Shown here: piece after piece, positions 30,814 through 41,503 of the stretch
How positions within the stretch are numbered: the stretch's first letter is position 1
Layout: every line of letters begins with the position of its first letter
Assembly (NCBI GenBank): GCA_009859145.1
Contig: VRVR01000033.1
Span: forward strand, 1 to 64,000
Reading direction: 5' to 3'
From: Andalucia godoyi And28
Lineage: Eukaryota > Protista > Jakobida
DNA: 64,000 bases
Notes under the pieces: generated by a model
Databases searched by the model: none
What the model saw: the letters and a program-made list of their open reading frames with translations, nothing else
What the model was told of the DNA's origin: nothing
Translations under genes and position numbers: made by a program

Positions 30814-33114
30814 TCACGGTGAGCTAAAATCATCTTCATAATCTTCGGGAATCAGTGCGCTTTCTGATTTAGCAGAGGGGGACATGAACGACGGAACGGA
30901 AGAGCCGGGCGATAGCAAGTCCAGAATTGGCGAATCACTTCCTTTCCGATCAGCGCCAGCAAACAAGACAGACGTTGCAGTAAAGTGCGGAATCGGAGGC
31001 GGAGGCGTGAGCTCCACATTCATCGCCGGGGGCGGAGGCTCGTGGTGCAAATGCGAAGAATGCAGGGCCTGGAGTTTGGGACTCTGAAGTGGTCGATACG
31101 GACTCGGACTCGAACTCTCAAAGTCATCGTCATCGTACTCGGCCGCACTCCGTGCAGACAGTGGTGTAATCGCAACCATCTTTGGAGACTCTGGAACCCG
31201 AACTTTTTCCGGCGTTGGCGGAACAGCCTCTTGAATTCCTGCAGTGGAAGATCCAGACGCCGACGCAGAGGCACGGGCTGAGGACAGCGAGAACGAGGGC
31301 GTGGTATGGGTGGGCTCTGGTTTAACATCCTTATAAGTGGACTGGGACGGCGATGCAGCTTCCGCATACCGGAAACGCGCAGATTGCGGAGGTGGAGAAT
31401 CGAGAATCTGAACCGTGTCCGCATTTCCTTTCAGAGCCAGCACCGGAACAGGAACAAGAGCAGAAACAGGTGCCTGCGCTGGAGCAGGCGCTTGTGCCGG
31501 ATCATCCGTAGATGATGCAGACGTCGCATAGGATGGTTTTGCAGGAGCATGGGGTCTTGCAGGAGCATGGTATTCTAAAACGGGTGGATGGGGAGAATAA
31601 GCAGCATCAGAACAATTCGACACAGATGACGCAGCAGTATCATCCGGTTTCGTATCAAATCGAATCTTGTTGATTGCGACCGGATGTGGATTTCCATCCT
31701 TGCGGCTGCGGTTGTGGCTGTTCGAGGCAAGTTTCTCTTGGGACGACAATGCAGACACATTGCTTGCACCAGGTCTTTGCACACTAGCGTCCGAAGAACT
31801 GTACACGGAGGCGGCAGAGGACGGTCTCTTTTGCCCCAATACTGCGGAGGCTGTCACCGAAGATGATGTCCGCACAGACGGATACTGGGGACGAACAAAC
31901 CCCTGTCGATAGCCGCGCTTTAGAGACGACGAGAGTGTCACATCGTCTCGCAAGGGGGACACATATCTCCCTTTGTCTACGGAATTCTTCCTTGGTGATT
32001 TCCTTGATCTCGCAGGAGAAGAGCACAGCCCATCCGCAGTTTGGCTTGCAGTCATGGTCGTTTCCTGCTGCTGACTGGACGCAGACGCAGACGACTCATT
32101 CAGGCGCTGGGAACTCAGCACTAATTGTGCCTTTGCAAGTCTGTCCAGCAGGTCGCCGACCAACGAGTCGAGCAATGATTTTCTTGAAATCTCATGAGGA
32201 TCCAGCGGGTCCGGTTTTCGATGTCTGCTTTCCTTTTCAAACGAATCCAGGAGCAACGGAATGCTCAGAGATCCCATCGCATCCGCGAATGGTGTAGGAT
32301 CCAGTGGAGATTCCTTGTGATAGTACAATGCAGGTGGGTTCTGTGGAGCCTTGTTCAGTCCATAGTCATTTCTCGCGAACGAATTTGCAATGTCATCGGC
32401 AGTTGCAGCCACCGTCGTTGTCGTAGAGGACGAACCATGCGATCCGGCTGCCGGACCACATAGCACGGGTACTAATTCTTCGGGCTTTTGCTTCTGCGCA
32501 GATTCTCGCGTAGCAAAGTGCGTATGCAGCGATTTCCCATGCAACCCGAGTTTCCATCGCAGGGAGATGGACCCAACAGCACGACCCATGCAATCACGAA
32601 ACACCGCCCCCGCCAAAGCTCCTGCTCGCGCGCCGTCCAGCGGAACAGCACATGTCCCATGAAGCAGCATAGAGTCCGCGCCCCATTTTGGCAAATTTTC
32701 CCCGTTTTCCACCGCATTCCGACGACTCTCGTGAAACGGCGGTGGCTTTGAAGCACGCGAAGAGTCCTTCTTTTCCTCAAGAAGCATTATAAATAAAGGC
32801 ATTGAGTGCAAGTGTGCAACAAAATCATCGCGAGACATTGCAAACAAGCATGATTTCCCATGGCCAACGCGAATCGATACAGTGCCATTTGCATTGGGTA
32901 CGGGAACGACATTGGAAAGCTTTTCGTCAATGCTTATTCGAACCAGCTGGACAGGAAACGTCCATAGCCGAAACCCAATAAAAAACGAATTTGCATTCGG
33001 AGTCTGGTCAATCAGCACTCCTGGAATCGAAAACGTGATTTTCGTAGAGGGAATGTCGACTTGGGATATTAGAAAATCGAGTGAAAAGACATCTTCGTCA
33101 AGTGACACGGCCAT
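30814..33114 (-). CDS. MAP10/DUF4497-like N-terminal C2-type domain followed by a long Ser/Pro-rich disordered tail
   Basis: ATG 33114. FSLDFLI..FRLWTFP..GHGKSCLFAMS..LHSMPLFIML resembles the recalled DUF4497 pattern. Confidence 0.55.
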   Translation of the reverse strand: MAVSLDEDVFSLDFLISQVDIPSTKITFSIPGVLIDQTPNANSFFIGFRLWTFPVQLVRISIDEKLSNVVPVPNANGTVSIRVGHGKSCLFAMSRDDFVAHLHSMPLFIMLLEEKKDSSRASKPPPFHESRRNAVENGENLPKWGADSMLLHGTCAVPLDGARAGALAGAVFRDCMGRAVGSISLRWKLGLHGKSLHTHFATRESAQKQKPEELVPVLCGPAAGSHGSSSTTTTVAATADDIANSFARNDYGLNKAPQNPPALYYHKESPLDPTPFADAMGSLSIPLLLDSFEKESRHRKPDPLDPHEISRKSLLDSLVGDLLDRLAKAQLVLSSQRLNESSASASSQQQETTMTASQTADGLCSSPARSRKSPRKNSVDKGRYVSPLRDDVTLSSSLKRGYRQGFVRPQYPSVRTSSSVTASAVLGQKRPSSAASVYSSSDASVQRPGASNVSALSSQEKLASNSHNRSRKDGNPHPVAINKIRFDTKPDDTAASSVSNCSDAAYSPHPPVLEYHAPARPHAPAKPSYATSASSTDDPAQAPAPAQAPVSALVPVPVLALKGNADTVQILDSPPPQSARFRYAEAASPSQSTYKDVKPEPTHTTPSFSLSSARASASASGSSTAGIQEAVPPTPEKVRVPESPKMVAITPLSARSAAEYDDDDFESSSPSPYRPLQSPKLQALHSSHLHHEPPPPAMNVELTPPPPIPHFTATSVLFAGADRKGSDSPILDLLSPGSSVPSFMSPSAKSESALIPEDYEDDFSSP

Positions 33115-33603
33115 ATTCACCCCGAACACACACTATCCCATCCGAAAACAGAAACAATGTAAAAAAGAGGAAGAAGAGGAGGGGAAAGAGGAAAAACAAT
33201 AACACTCACTACTAATGCCAATTTAAAGAAGAAATATCAGATGAAATCAGCAACATCAGCAGAATCAGGTTAACGACATTCCGGTGCTTTTCTTTCTTCC
33301 AAAATATGAAAAAAAGGGGGAAAGATCCGGCAGAATCAATTGATGCAACTGTAGTTGCTTCCACGTTTTTCCCAAAAGTTTCGCTCTCAAAGAGAAGGAA
33401 TGGCTTGTGCGTTCGTTTCCGAGTGCTCAATGGGGAATGTTTTTTTGAATATTGTATGTATATTTATATTTATATTTATATTTATATTTATTAATATTTA
33501 GAGTGTATTCTGAGCAGGTAGGTCACCGTCGCGATCGCCCTTGCATTGCATTTGGGACAAAGGAGGCGAGATCGAGAGACGGATTGAGTGACTACGTGAG
33601 GAC

Positions 33604-35649
33604 ATGAGCGCATGGCCAGAGAGCATTTCTCCAGTGGTTCGAGAAGTCCTGGAAAAGGACTTTGGATTCTCAAAGCCAACGCCCGTCCAGACACGGTCAA
33701 TTGATGCATTTTCGCGATTCAAAGACGTCATTGCCCAAGTATGTGTTTCTGCTTCCCCTTGTTTTTCCCTTTGCTATTCCCCTTGTACTTTATGTTCTTC
33801 TCAAGGAGCGTCAGCTGACGTCGACTGACGGCGGTAACAACGACGATGATGATGCTGATCATTTTCTTTCATTGTAAAACCACTATAGGCAACTACAGGA
33901 AGTGGAAAGACCCTTGCGTACACAATTCCGAGTATTGAGGCATTCTTGAAACGCAAACGTGAAATTGAGAATGGGGATGCAGTTCCGGGGTCAGAAACGG
34001 GTGTTGTCGCACTTATCCTTGCGCCGACCAGAGAGCTTGCGCAGCAGATCTTTGCAGTCGTGTCGAGATTCGTCGGTCGCATCCCGGATCTCAAGTTGTT
34101 CTTGGAGACGGGCGGCGGACAAGCAAACGAGTTGCATCCACATGAGGTTTCAGAATACACGAAATGCCTGTCGATCATCATCGGCACACCTGGACGGACA
34201 AAACAGCTTGTGGAAACACACGGTCGCCTGATGAACTTCAAATACTTGTCCATTTTGGTCCTGGACGAAGCGGATCGATTGTTTGCGCAGCAGTTCTTTG
34301 ACGACGTTAAGGCTATCCTTGGTGCGCTTCCAAAGCAGAGGCGCACAGGACTGTTCTCCGCGACGCTCGAGCAGGTTGTGCAGACAATGCCGGTTCTGTC
34401 CAAACTCGGCGTCCGCAACCCCGAACACATTGTTCTGAAGCTCAAGAAGCACGCCGCGGAAAACAAGGTCTCGCTCGACAGTCTGACACCCGAAAACCTG
34501 GGAAGCTTCTTTTTGGAAATTGAATTGAAGCACAAACTGGGCCAGCTGGTGCATCTTTTGAGGAACTCGTATTTTCGAATGGGCATGAAGAAGACCTTGT
34601 TGTACTGCTCGTCGGGAGCCATGGTCGAATACCTGTCTGCGATACTACCGGCTCTATTGTCTGTTCATGAAATAGAACAGGAAAACGCCCAATCTGATGC
34701 AGGAACAGAAGGAGAAGCGGAACCAGTGGTTGAGTGTCTTTCGTTCCACGGAAAGCTTGTGCAAAAAAAACGAAATGCGCATTTACAGCGATTTGTCAAT
34801 GCATCCAAGGACGATCCGCCGTTACTGCTGGTGTGCACGGATGTGGCTGCACGTGGTCTCGACTTTGTGGACATTCCGCTCGTCGTGCAGTTTGACATGC
34901 CAAGTGACCCAGATGCCTTCATTCATCGCATTGGCAGAACAGCGAGAGCTGGGAAGCAAGGAGTTGCGATCTGCTTTCTGACAAAAGAAGAGGATGCCTT
35001 CATTACGTTTCTTGCAAACCGCTTCGCCCCCGCCTTGCCTCTTCCAAAGACTTCTCCGCTGTTCCCCTCGGTACCGAACATGGACGAATTCGCAGATCGC
35101 ATTGTTTGGTCCACACGGTCAATCGCGTACCTTGATCGTGCCGTGTACGAAGATAGTGTGGATGCGTATGTGAGCTTTGTGCGCGCCTACAAAGAGCACA
35201 AGCTGTCTTACGTATTTCCGTTTTCAAGGCTGGACTTCGGCGCTCTTGCCGTGGGTCTTGGTCTTTTGCGCCTGCCAAAAATGGGCGAAATGCACAAGCT
35301 ACCCGAGACACATCCGTTTATTTCCAGCTTCACTCCACCTGCTTTTGCATTCGAAGAAAAGGACATCAAATTCAAAGATAGTCGTCGCCAAGCGGCGTTT
35401 GAACGAAAGCGTGAGCGCGTAGAGGAAGAGCGAGCAGAGCGACAAAAGGACGCCAAACGGATGAAGCACGAGAACAAGGATAAGGAGACGGATGTACAGC
35501 GGAAACTGACCAAGAAGGAGCGAGAAAGGATCCAAAGAAGGCAAGCCGAGAAGGACTTGGATGAGATCAACACGGAAGCGCGACTGCTCAAGAAGCTGCG
35601 AGCTGGAAAGATCACGGAAAAGGAGTATGAGAACTTGTCTGAACTCTGA
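33604..35649 (+). CDS. DDX55: DEAD-box RNA helicase DDX55/SPB4; exons 33604-33738 and 33889-35649
   Basis: Q motif (GFSKPTPVQ) in exon 1, then a GT..AG intron, ATTGSGKT, PTRELAQQ, DEAD, SAT, TDVAARGLD and HRIGRTARAG; C-terminal YVSFVRAYKEH..LGLLRLPKMGE. Confidence 0.92.
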
Positions 35650-35828
35650 GTCTGCTGCATCGTCAATTGTCTGCGGTAATCACTCTTGTATCCCTCTTTC
35701 TTTTCTATTTGTTTATTATTTTTTATTTAAAGTGAATTAAATTATTATTATTGCTGTTGTTGTTGTACAGTTATGATACATAGGTTTCATAGTATTTGGT
35801 TTGATGCCGAAATTGTTGCTCCGCAGGC

Positions 35829-36944
35829 TTACAATGGTTCATTTCTATTTGAACTTCTAGATGCAAACTTGTCGTCGACGCCCACAAATCCACTGGACCA
35901 CTTTCCATTTGGCCCCGAGGGGAACGTTGCGCCGACAACAAGTGCAGCAGCTGCTGCATTCGGTCTTGCAGCCCGCGCAACCTCGGAAGGAAACGTCGGG
36001 TAGGAAGTGAACGTCGTCGTGTTTCGTGGCATGGAATTGTAGATTCCATAGTGGCGCTTCTCCGGATCATATCCAGTGGCATCCATCGCGAGCACCCCCA
36101 TCACAGTATGAAGCAACTGGGGGTCATCCTCGTCCTCACCTCTCTCTGTTTCATGGAAGCCCGCTGCGCTCTTTCTCGTCCCAGCAGATGACAATCTTCG
36201 CCGGGAAGACGGCGAGCCTGCCAGCGGCGTGGATGACGACGACAACACCGACAACGGCGAGGTGCTTTGCAAGAGCGTCCCCGAACGCGCCGCTGCTCTC
36301 GACGAGCATCGAGATCCGGCTAAACTGAGCGTCGATCCCAGGGCATCGAGGTCTTCTACCATGTCGTGCAGCGATCGGGCCTTGTCAAATGCTCCCTTTT
36401 CTCCGGCAGAAACAATGTTTTGCCATGATCTCATACCGGTTGCCGAGGCGTCACGTCGGCCCTGCGGAGACGTTACATACACCGCCGTTGCCGCTCTGTA
36501 TGTGTCGCGGGTTTTCACCTCGCGGTCCCACTCTTGCTGACCGGGAACTGCATGCGATGGAGTGAATTCTTCGCGGAATACAGGAGCTGTCGGGATCCAC
36601 GTTCCGGTCGTGAAATACGGCTTGTGCTTTGTCAGAAATGGATTCGAACTCGCAAGCATCGTCTTGGGATTCGCTCCCATTCCTGCTCTGGACTCCGGAC
36701 CGGGCTGCGCGAAAAACAATGAGGAAGAAGAAGAAGAAGAAGAAGAAGAAGGGTTGGTAGATTTGACCTCCCTCTTTTTTTCTCCAAACACGGACAATGC
36801 AACTGTGTGCAATGCAGGCCCGGTCTTTTGTTTTTCAGCGGCATTTTCAGCATCCAGCGGGAAAGATGGCGACGCGCCGTGTTGGTTCGAGTTCCAGCTC
36901 GAGCTTGGAGCGGACCGCCTGACTGGACTAAATGGGGATCGTTC

Positions 36945-36978
<34 letters not shown>

Positions 36979-37856
36979 GACTGTGACTGCTCCTTGTGTT
37001 GCAATCTAGCGCCCAATGCAAAGAGCGGAAACGATGAGACTGGAGGCGGTTGTCCTTCGAGTCTCTTTGGAATTGCAGCGATCGCCTTGATCGGCGTGCG
37101 CGGCCGTGCAAACTGCCTGAAATGCGTTTCCTTGTATGTCGTTGGCGGTGGTGCGGCAGCCAACGAGACTTCTGTCCGCAGACCTTCCATCACGTCTGTC
37201 AAGGCAGTCCTGTGCTTATTGGATGCATGCGTCACGAACCATTCGTGCCACACAGGAACATACTCGTCGCGGATAATCCATCCACACAACTTCTGTGTTG
37301 CGACAAACGAGTACTCTGAACCTGCTGGATTGGTCGGTCCCTGAGACGGAAGCGGAATTGGTCCTCGATTGTATCCTCCGACGCTCAGCGTGCCGCCGTT
37401 GCCATCAGTACCGGAAGTACCCGTTGGCGATTGCTGCAGCAGGCTGCTGTTCAGCAACTGCAGTCGATCATGCGATGGAAGCACTGCAATTCGTGCTCTG
37501 GTCTTTGAAAACTTGTAAACGGACGAAAACACAGTGTGAAATGCACTGCGAAGCTCAGAAGACGCCTCATAAAGCCACGAAACCGTCATGTCATACCGAT
37601 CCTTCTGCACAAATTTCCGAAGTGCCCGGAACGAAGAGCGGCTAAGACCCTCTGGATACCGTGTCGACGCCGGAAGATACTCTGTGAACGCAGAAGATCG
37701 AATCGTCGAACACGTCGATCGAGATGTCACAGACCCCCCACCCCCATTACCACCACCGCTAGCATTGCCTACAAGAAAAGTTGATTGTTGTGAAGATGGT
37801 CGAGACGATGATGCGACAGCAGTCGTCGCAGATTCATTCTCATTCTCGCGGTGCAT
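35829..37856 (-). CDS. Hypothetical low-complexity protein
   Basis: 675-aa ORF from ATG 37856 with poly-Q/S tracts and a short structured-looking block (LCGWIIRDEYVPVWHEWF); no family recognised. Confidence 0.65.
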
Positions 37857-39001
37857 TCTCCTTCTTCCGCCAAGCACCGAAAACCAACAGATCTCTTTCA
37901 ACTCTTATTTCTCGGTGCAGTCTGAATGTTCGGGTTTATCCTTAGTTCTTCTCTTTCATACTTTCAAAAAAAAATAATAATAATAATAACAATTCAAAAA
38001 TCAAAAATCAAAAATTCCATGATAAATGCTTTGCGGAAGATGCAAATCTCAAGTGACGACAAACACGCTCACAATCCGAGAGGGGGAAAAGAGCGGTTGA
38101 GAAACGTCTGCTCACACAAGAGCTGCTGCTGCTGCTATCCTCCAACATGAGTCTGTGAAAGTCCGTGCTCATATATATATCTCCGGAGCACCTGAGAAAC
38201 CATGCATGTGATTTTACCGATTCTTTCGTCGTGAACTTTCTTCTTCTCAAAATATATATATATATATATATATAAATTTAAATGAATGTCTTTCCATCCG
38301 CAAGGGCCATCCTTCTGTTTTCCTGTCCGCGCACATTTTGTTGTGGATTTATCAATTTCCATTGAGCTTTCAGGTCTTCGGAATCCCTAGCTACTTCCCG
38401 AAAAGATGCGTACACAATAAGCGACGGATTCCTCAGATGTCGAAAATCTAACGATCTGTTACGAATAAGAGCATCCAGATGGATGGACGGGTGTTCATGA
38501 AGTATCGGACAAGCATGAATGGGATGATGCCAAGACCCCCTCGGGTTTCCCCGACAATTTCTATCTCCACTAATTTTCATCTCCGTTGATTTTCATTTTT
38601 GGGAAATCGAACATTTCAAAAGACTGCCCTAGAATATTGAAGGACGCTAAAAAACCATATGCTTTTGATTCATGAGGACTTTCAGAATTTGCAGAGGCTG
38701 CTGTTGCTGGAAAATTCGGATACCACTTTTTAAACGTGATCCACTGCGTTTGATATCGCGCATGAATCTCTTCTTGTGTTATTCTCACTTTCACAGTAAG
38801 AATGTGGATTTCACGTCCTAGAATTCTGCTGCCAACTCAGTCATACTATCCGATGATATTCACAGCCGTCCACCAGACATTTGGAGCAAACTCATGGCAC
38901 TACGATCGTTGGGTTCTAAGCATCAAAATCCAAACAAAACAAAAATTTGAAAAACAGAAAAATGAAAGGCAGAAAAACGAAAGGGGAAAAAACAAGAGGA
39001 A

Positions 39002-39550
39002 TCAGTTTTTATCGTCGTGATTGCGAACGAAACGAGGCCGGTAGCCCGTGTAGCCTGCAATCGGAGCTCTATAGGCATCTTCATTTTTTTTGACTTCCTG
39101 CAACCGCGTTGTCCCGTCGAGCGCCGATGTCTGCGATGTGGAATCTGGGGAGTCTTCCGTGTTTCCGCGGCCGTAGAAGGTCTTGAGGTACGTTTGCTTC
39201 TCATTGGGCTTGACTTCGCAGTCTCGCCCTGCAACAAACGCAGTCGTCGTGGACACTCCGATTGGGTCGACGGCACCCTTGGGAACATATCCCGCATACC
39301 CCGCAACGTACTTTTCAGCGACTCTGCTCCCGCTGTAGTCCGACTTGTTTGTAAAAGAGCCAGAGAGCGCACCATTCGCTGCGCCGCTTATCTCCGACAT
39401 GCTCGACGAAGACGCCTCCTTCCACACTCGTGCCTCCTGAGGATTCGGGAACAAATCATGAATCGACTTGTCGCGACGGCCAAATCTCTGAAGCTCGTCC
39501 GCAACGATAAAGTAGTCCCGGCCAGAACCAGACGGAAGATACCGCGACAT
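39002..39550 (-). CDS. Small protein with GY.GY.P repeats, FAM166/ciliary microtubule inner protein-like
   Basis: ATG 39550 (MSRYLPSGSGRDYFI); VAGYAGYVP and IAGYTGYRP repeats. Confidence 0.55.
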   Translation of the reverse strand: MSRYLPSGSGRDYFIVADELQRFGRRDKSIHDLFPNPQEARVWKEASSSSMSEISGAANGALSGSFTNKSDYSGSRVAEKYVAGYAGYVPKGAVDPIGVSTTTAFVAGRDCEVKPNEKQTYLKTFYGRGNTEDSPDSTSQTSALDGTTRLQEVKKNEDAYRAPIAGYTGYRPRFVRNHDDKN

Positions 39551-39901
39551 GTTTTTTTGCTTTCCTTTTCTCTTTCTTTTTCTTTTTTTTTTCAAACAAA
39601 ACGTCAGAAACACAAAACGCAAAAACACACGTATACTTACACAAAATAATAATTATTAAAAATATGTAATTCCAAAATAAAATTTAAAAAACCCAAACAA
39701 GCAAACACCAAACAAAGACGCAGAAATGGCTGAATCGACGAAAATGAGAATGTCAGTTTGCGAAAAACGGTTGCAGAAAAGATCCGGCGCAATTGCTCAG
39801 ACTACAGTCGCTTCCGGATTTCTAGGATTTCAGTTCTCGGGCAATCTCAGAATGTGACGGCGTTTTCGAGTCATTGATTTGGCAACTGGTTTGTGTGATT
39901 G

Positions 39902-41308
39902 ATGCTGTCGATTCTCAATGCTTATGCAGTAAAGGACTCCGGGGAGATGAAAGAACGATGGACAGAGATGCCGATTCATGAGGAAGAAGGCCAGGAGGAC
40001 GAAGGAGGCGAGGAAGAACAAGGAGGACGAGGAGGAGAGGGAGGAGACGTGATAGTTCGGGTTCGAAAGGCGTGTGTTCAGTGTCAGCTCGTGAAGAGAC
40101 GCTGTGATGGCAAAGAACCGTGTTCAAGATGCTTGGAGACGAATGCGGGTTCAGGATGTCGATACCGGCCGCGGAAGCCCCGGCGGTCGTCCGAGCAAGT
40201 TCGAATCGAGCATCAGAAGGCGCTCCGGCATTGGGTCATGGAGCTCGACATGGGCAAGCACCACAGCAACCACGAAGAGAAGCTGAGGATGCCAAGGACG
40301 CCGTCAGAAACGAAGAAGAACAACAGTAGTGCTGCTGCGGCTAGTGATGTGGTGGTTGCTGATGGAAAGAGGAGTATTAGTAGTCTTTGCAGCAGCAGTG
40401 CTAACAGCAGTACAAATACCAGTAGTATGCATGTTGGAGGGTATGAGAGAAAGGATGACGTGGAGCCATTGGCAGTGACGCAAGGTCCGGATGTGTTTGC
40501 ACCGCAAGTTGCAGCGACTCGGGAACAAAGCTTTCTGGCGAATTCTCACTTGTTCCCGGAGGATGTTCGGCAAGTGTTGGAAATGCAGATCCAAATCGAA
40601 AAGGAACAGGCACAGAGTTGCATTGGTGGCAGCGAAAGTGGGTGTAGTAGTGGTAGTAGTAGCGGTGGTGGTGGTGGTGGTGGTAGTAGTAGCGGGAATA
40701 GCGCTGGTGGAGGATGGAGAGATTTGCGAATAGGAGGCATAATGTCGATGATGTCACAGATTATTTCGTCCGTTCGCAAGTTCTCCATCATTGGCTTCGC
40801 GGAAAGCGCACTGGCACTGATCCAGGATCTCGTGCATCGAGATCCTGTTCTGCATCAGAATCTGTCCGATGCATGCCACATCGTGCGCTCAATGAACAAC
40901 CAGCCGTGCTTCATCTCAGCGAACCGCGGTCGACTTGTCTGTTGCAACGAGTACTTTTGCGCTGCGTCGGGCGTTCCTATTCACTATGCGATTCGAGACC
41001 AGCAAACGGACGCCGAATCGTCGATACCGACTGCAGATCTTCCTGGCAACCAGGCGCGAAAGATCAACGGGCTAATTCATGAAGACGTTGCCATTCTTTC
41101 GTATTTCCACCCAGACTCACTCCCAAGAGGTCTGTCCGCGGCGGTCCGCTGCTTTGCTTATCCACAATCAGGCACAGTGACCGTCGCACCAGGCGGTCTC
41201 CGGTTCCGAATTTCCCCGGTGCGATACGAAGCTACCGCGTCGCCCATCTGCGACTCGTACGGGTTGCCGCGCGGCCTGCTCTGGGTATTTATACCGCCAT
41301 CTGAGTAA
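39902..41308 (+). CDS. Zn(II)2Cys6 binuclear-cluster transcription factor with possible C-terminal PAS-like region
   Basis: CVQCQLVKRRCDGKEPCSRCLETNAGSGC has the spacing C-x2-C-x6-C-x5-C-x2-C-x8-C (40073-40159), preceded by RVRKA. Start is ATG 39902 or 39947. Confidence 0.82.
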   Translation: MLSILNAYAVKDSGEMKERWTEMPIHEEEGQEDEGGEEEQGGRGGEGGDVIVRVRKACVQCQLVKRRCDGKEPCSRCLETNAGSGCRYRPRKPRRSSEQVRIEHQKALRHWVMELDMGKHHSNHEEKLRMPRTPSETKKNNSSAAAASDVVVADGKRSISSLCSSSANSSTNTSSMHVGGYERKDDVEPLAVTQGPDVFAPQVAATREQSFLANSHLFPEDVRQVLEMQIQIEKEQAQSCIGGSESGCSSGSSSGGGGGGGSSSGNSAGGGWRDLRIGGIMSMMSQIISSVRKFSIIGFAESALALIQDLVHRDPVLHQNLSDACHIVRSMNNQPCFISANRGRLVCCNEYFCAASGVPIHYAIRDQQTDAESSIPTADLPGNQARKINGLIHEDVAILSYFHPDSLPRGLSAAVRCFAYPQSGTVTVAPGGLRFRISPVRYEATASPICDSYGLPRGLLWVFIPPSE

Positions 41309-41503
41309 CAGCATCACGACACCCTTCAGGAAGCATGCTTCGTACTATCTTCATCAGCGTCAGCATCACCAATGTTAGTGTGATTGTTATTGATATGGTA
41401 GCTGTAACTGTGACTGTAATTGAAATTGAAATCGTAATCGTAATTGTAATTGTAATTTAAGCACTCTAGCTGATATGATGCATGACGCATGAAAATATAC
41501 ATC

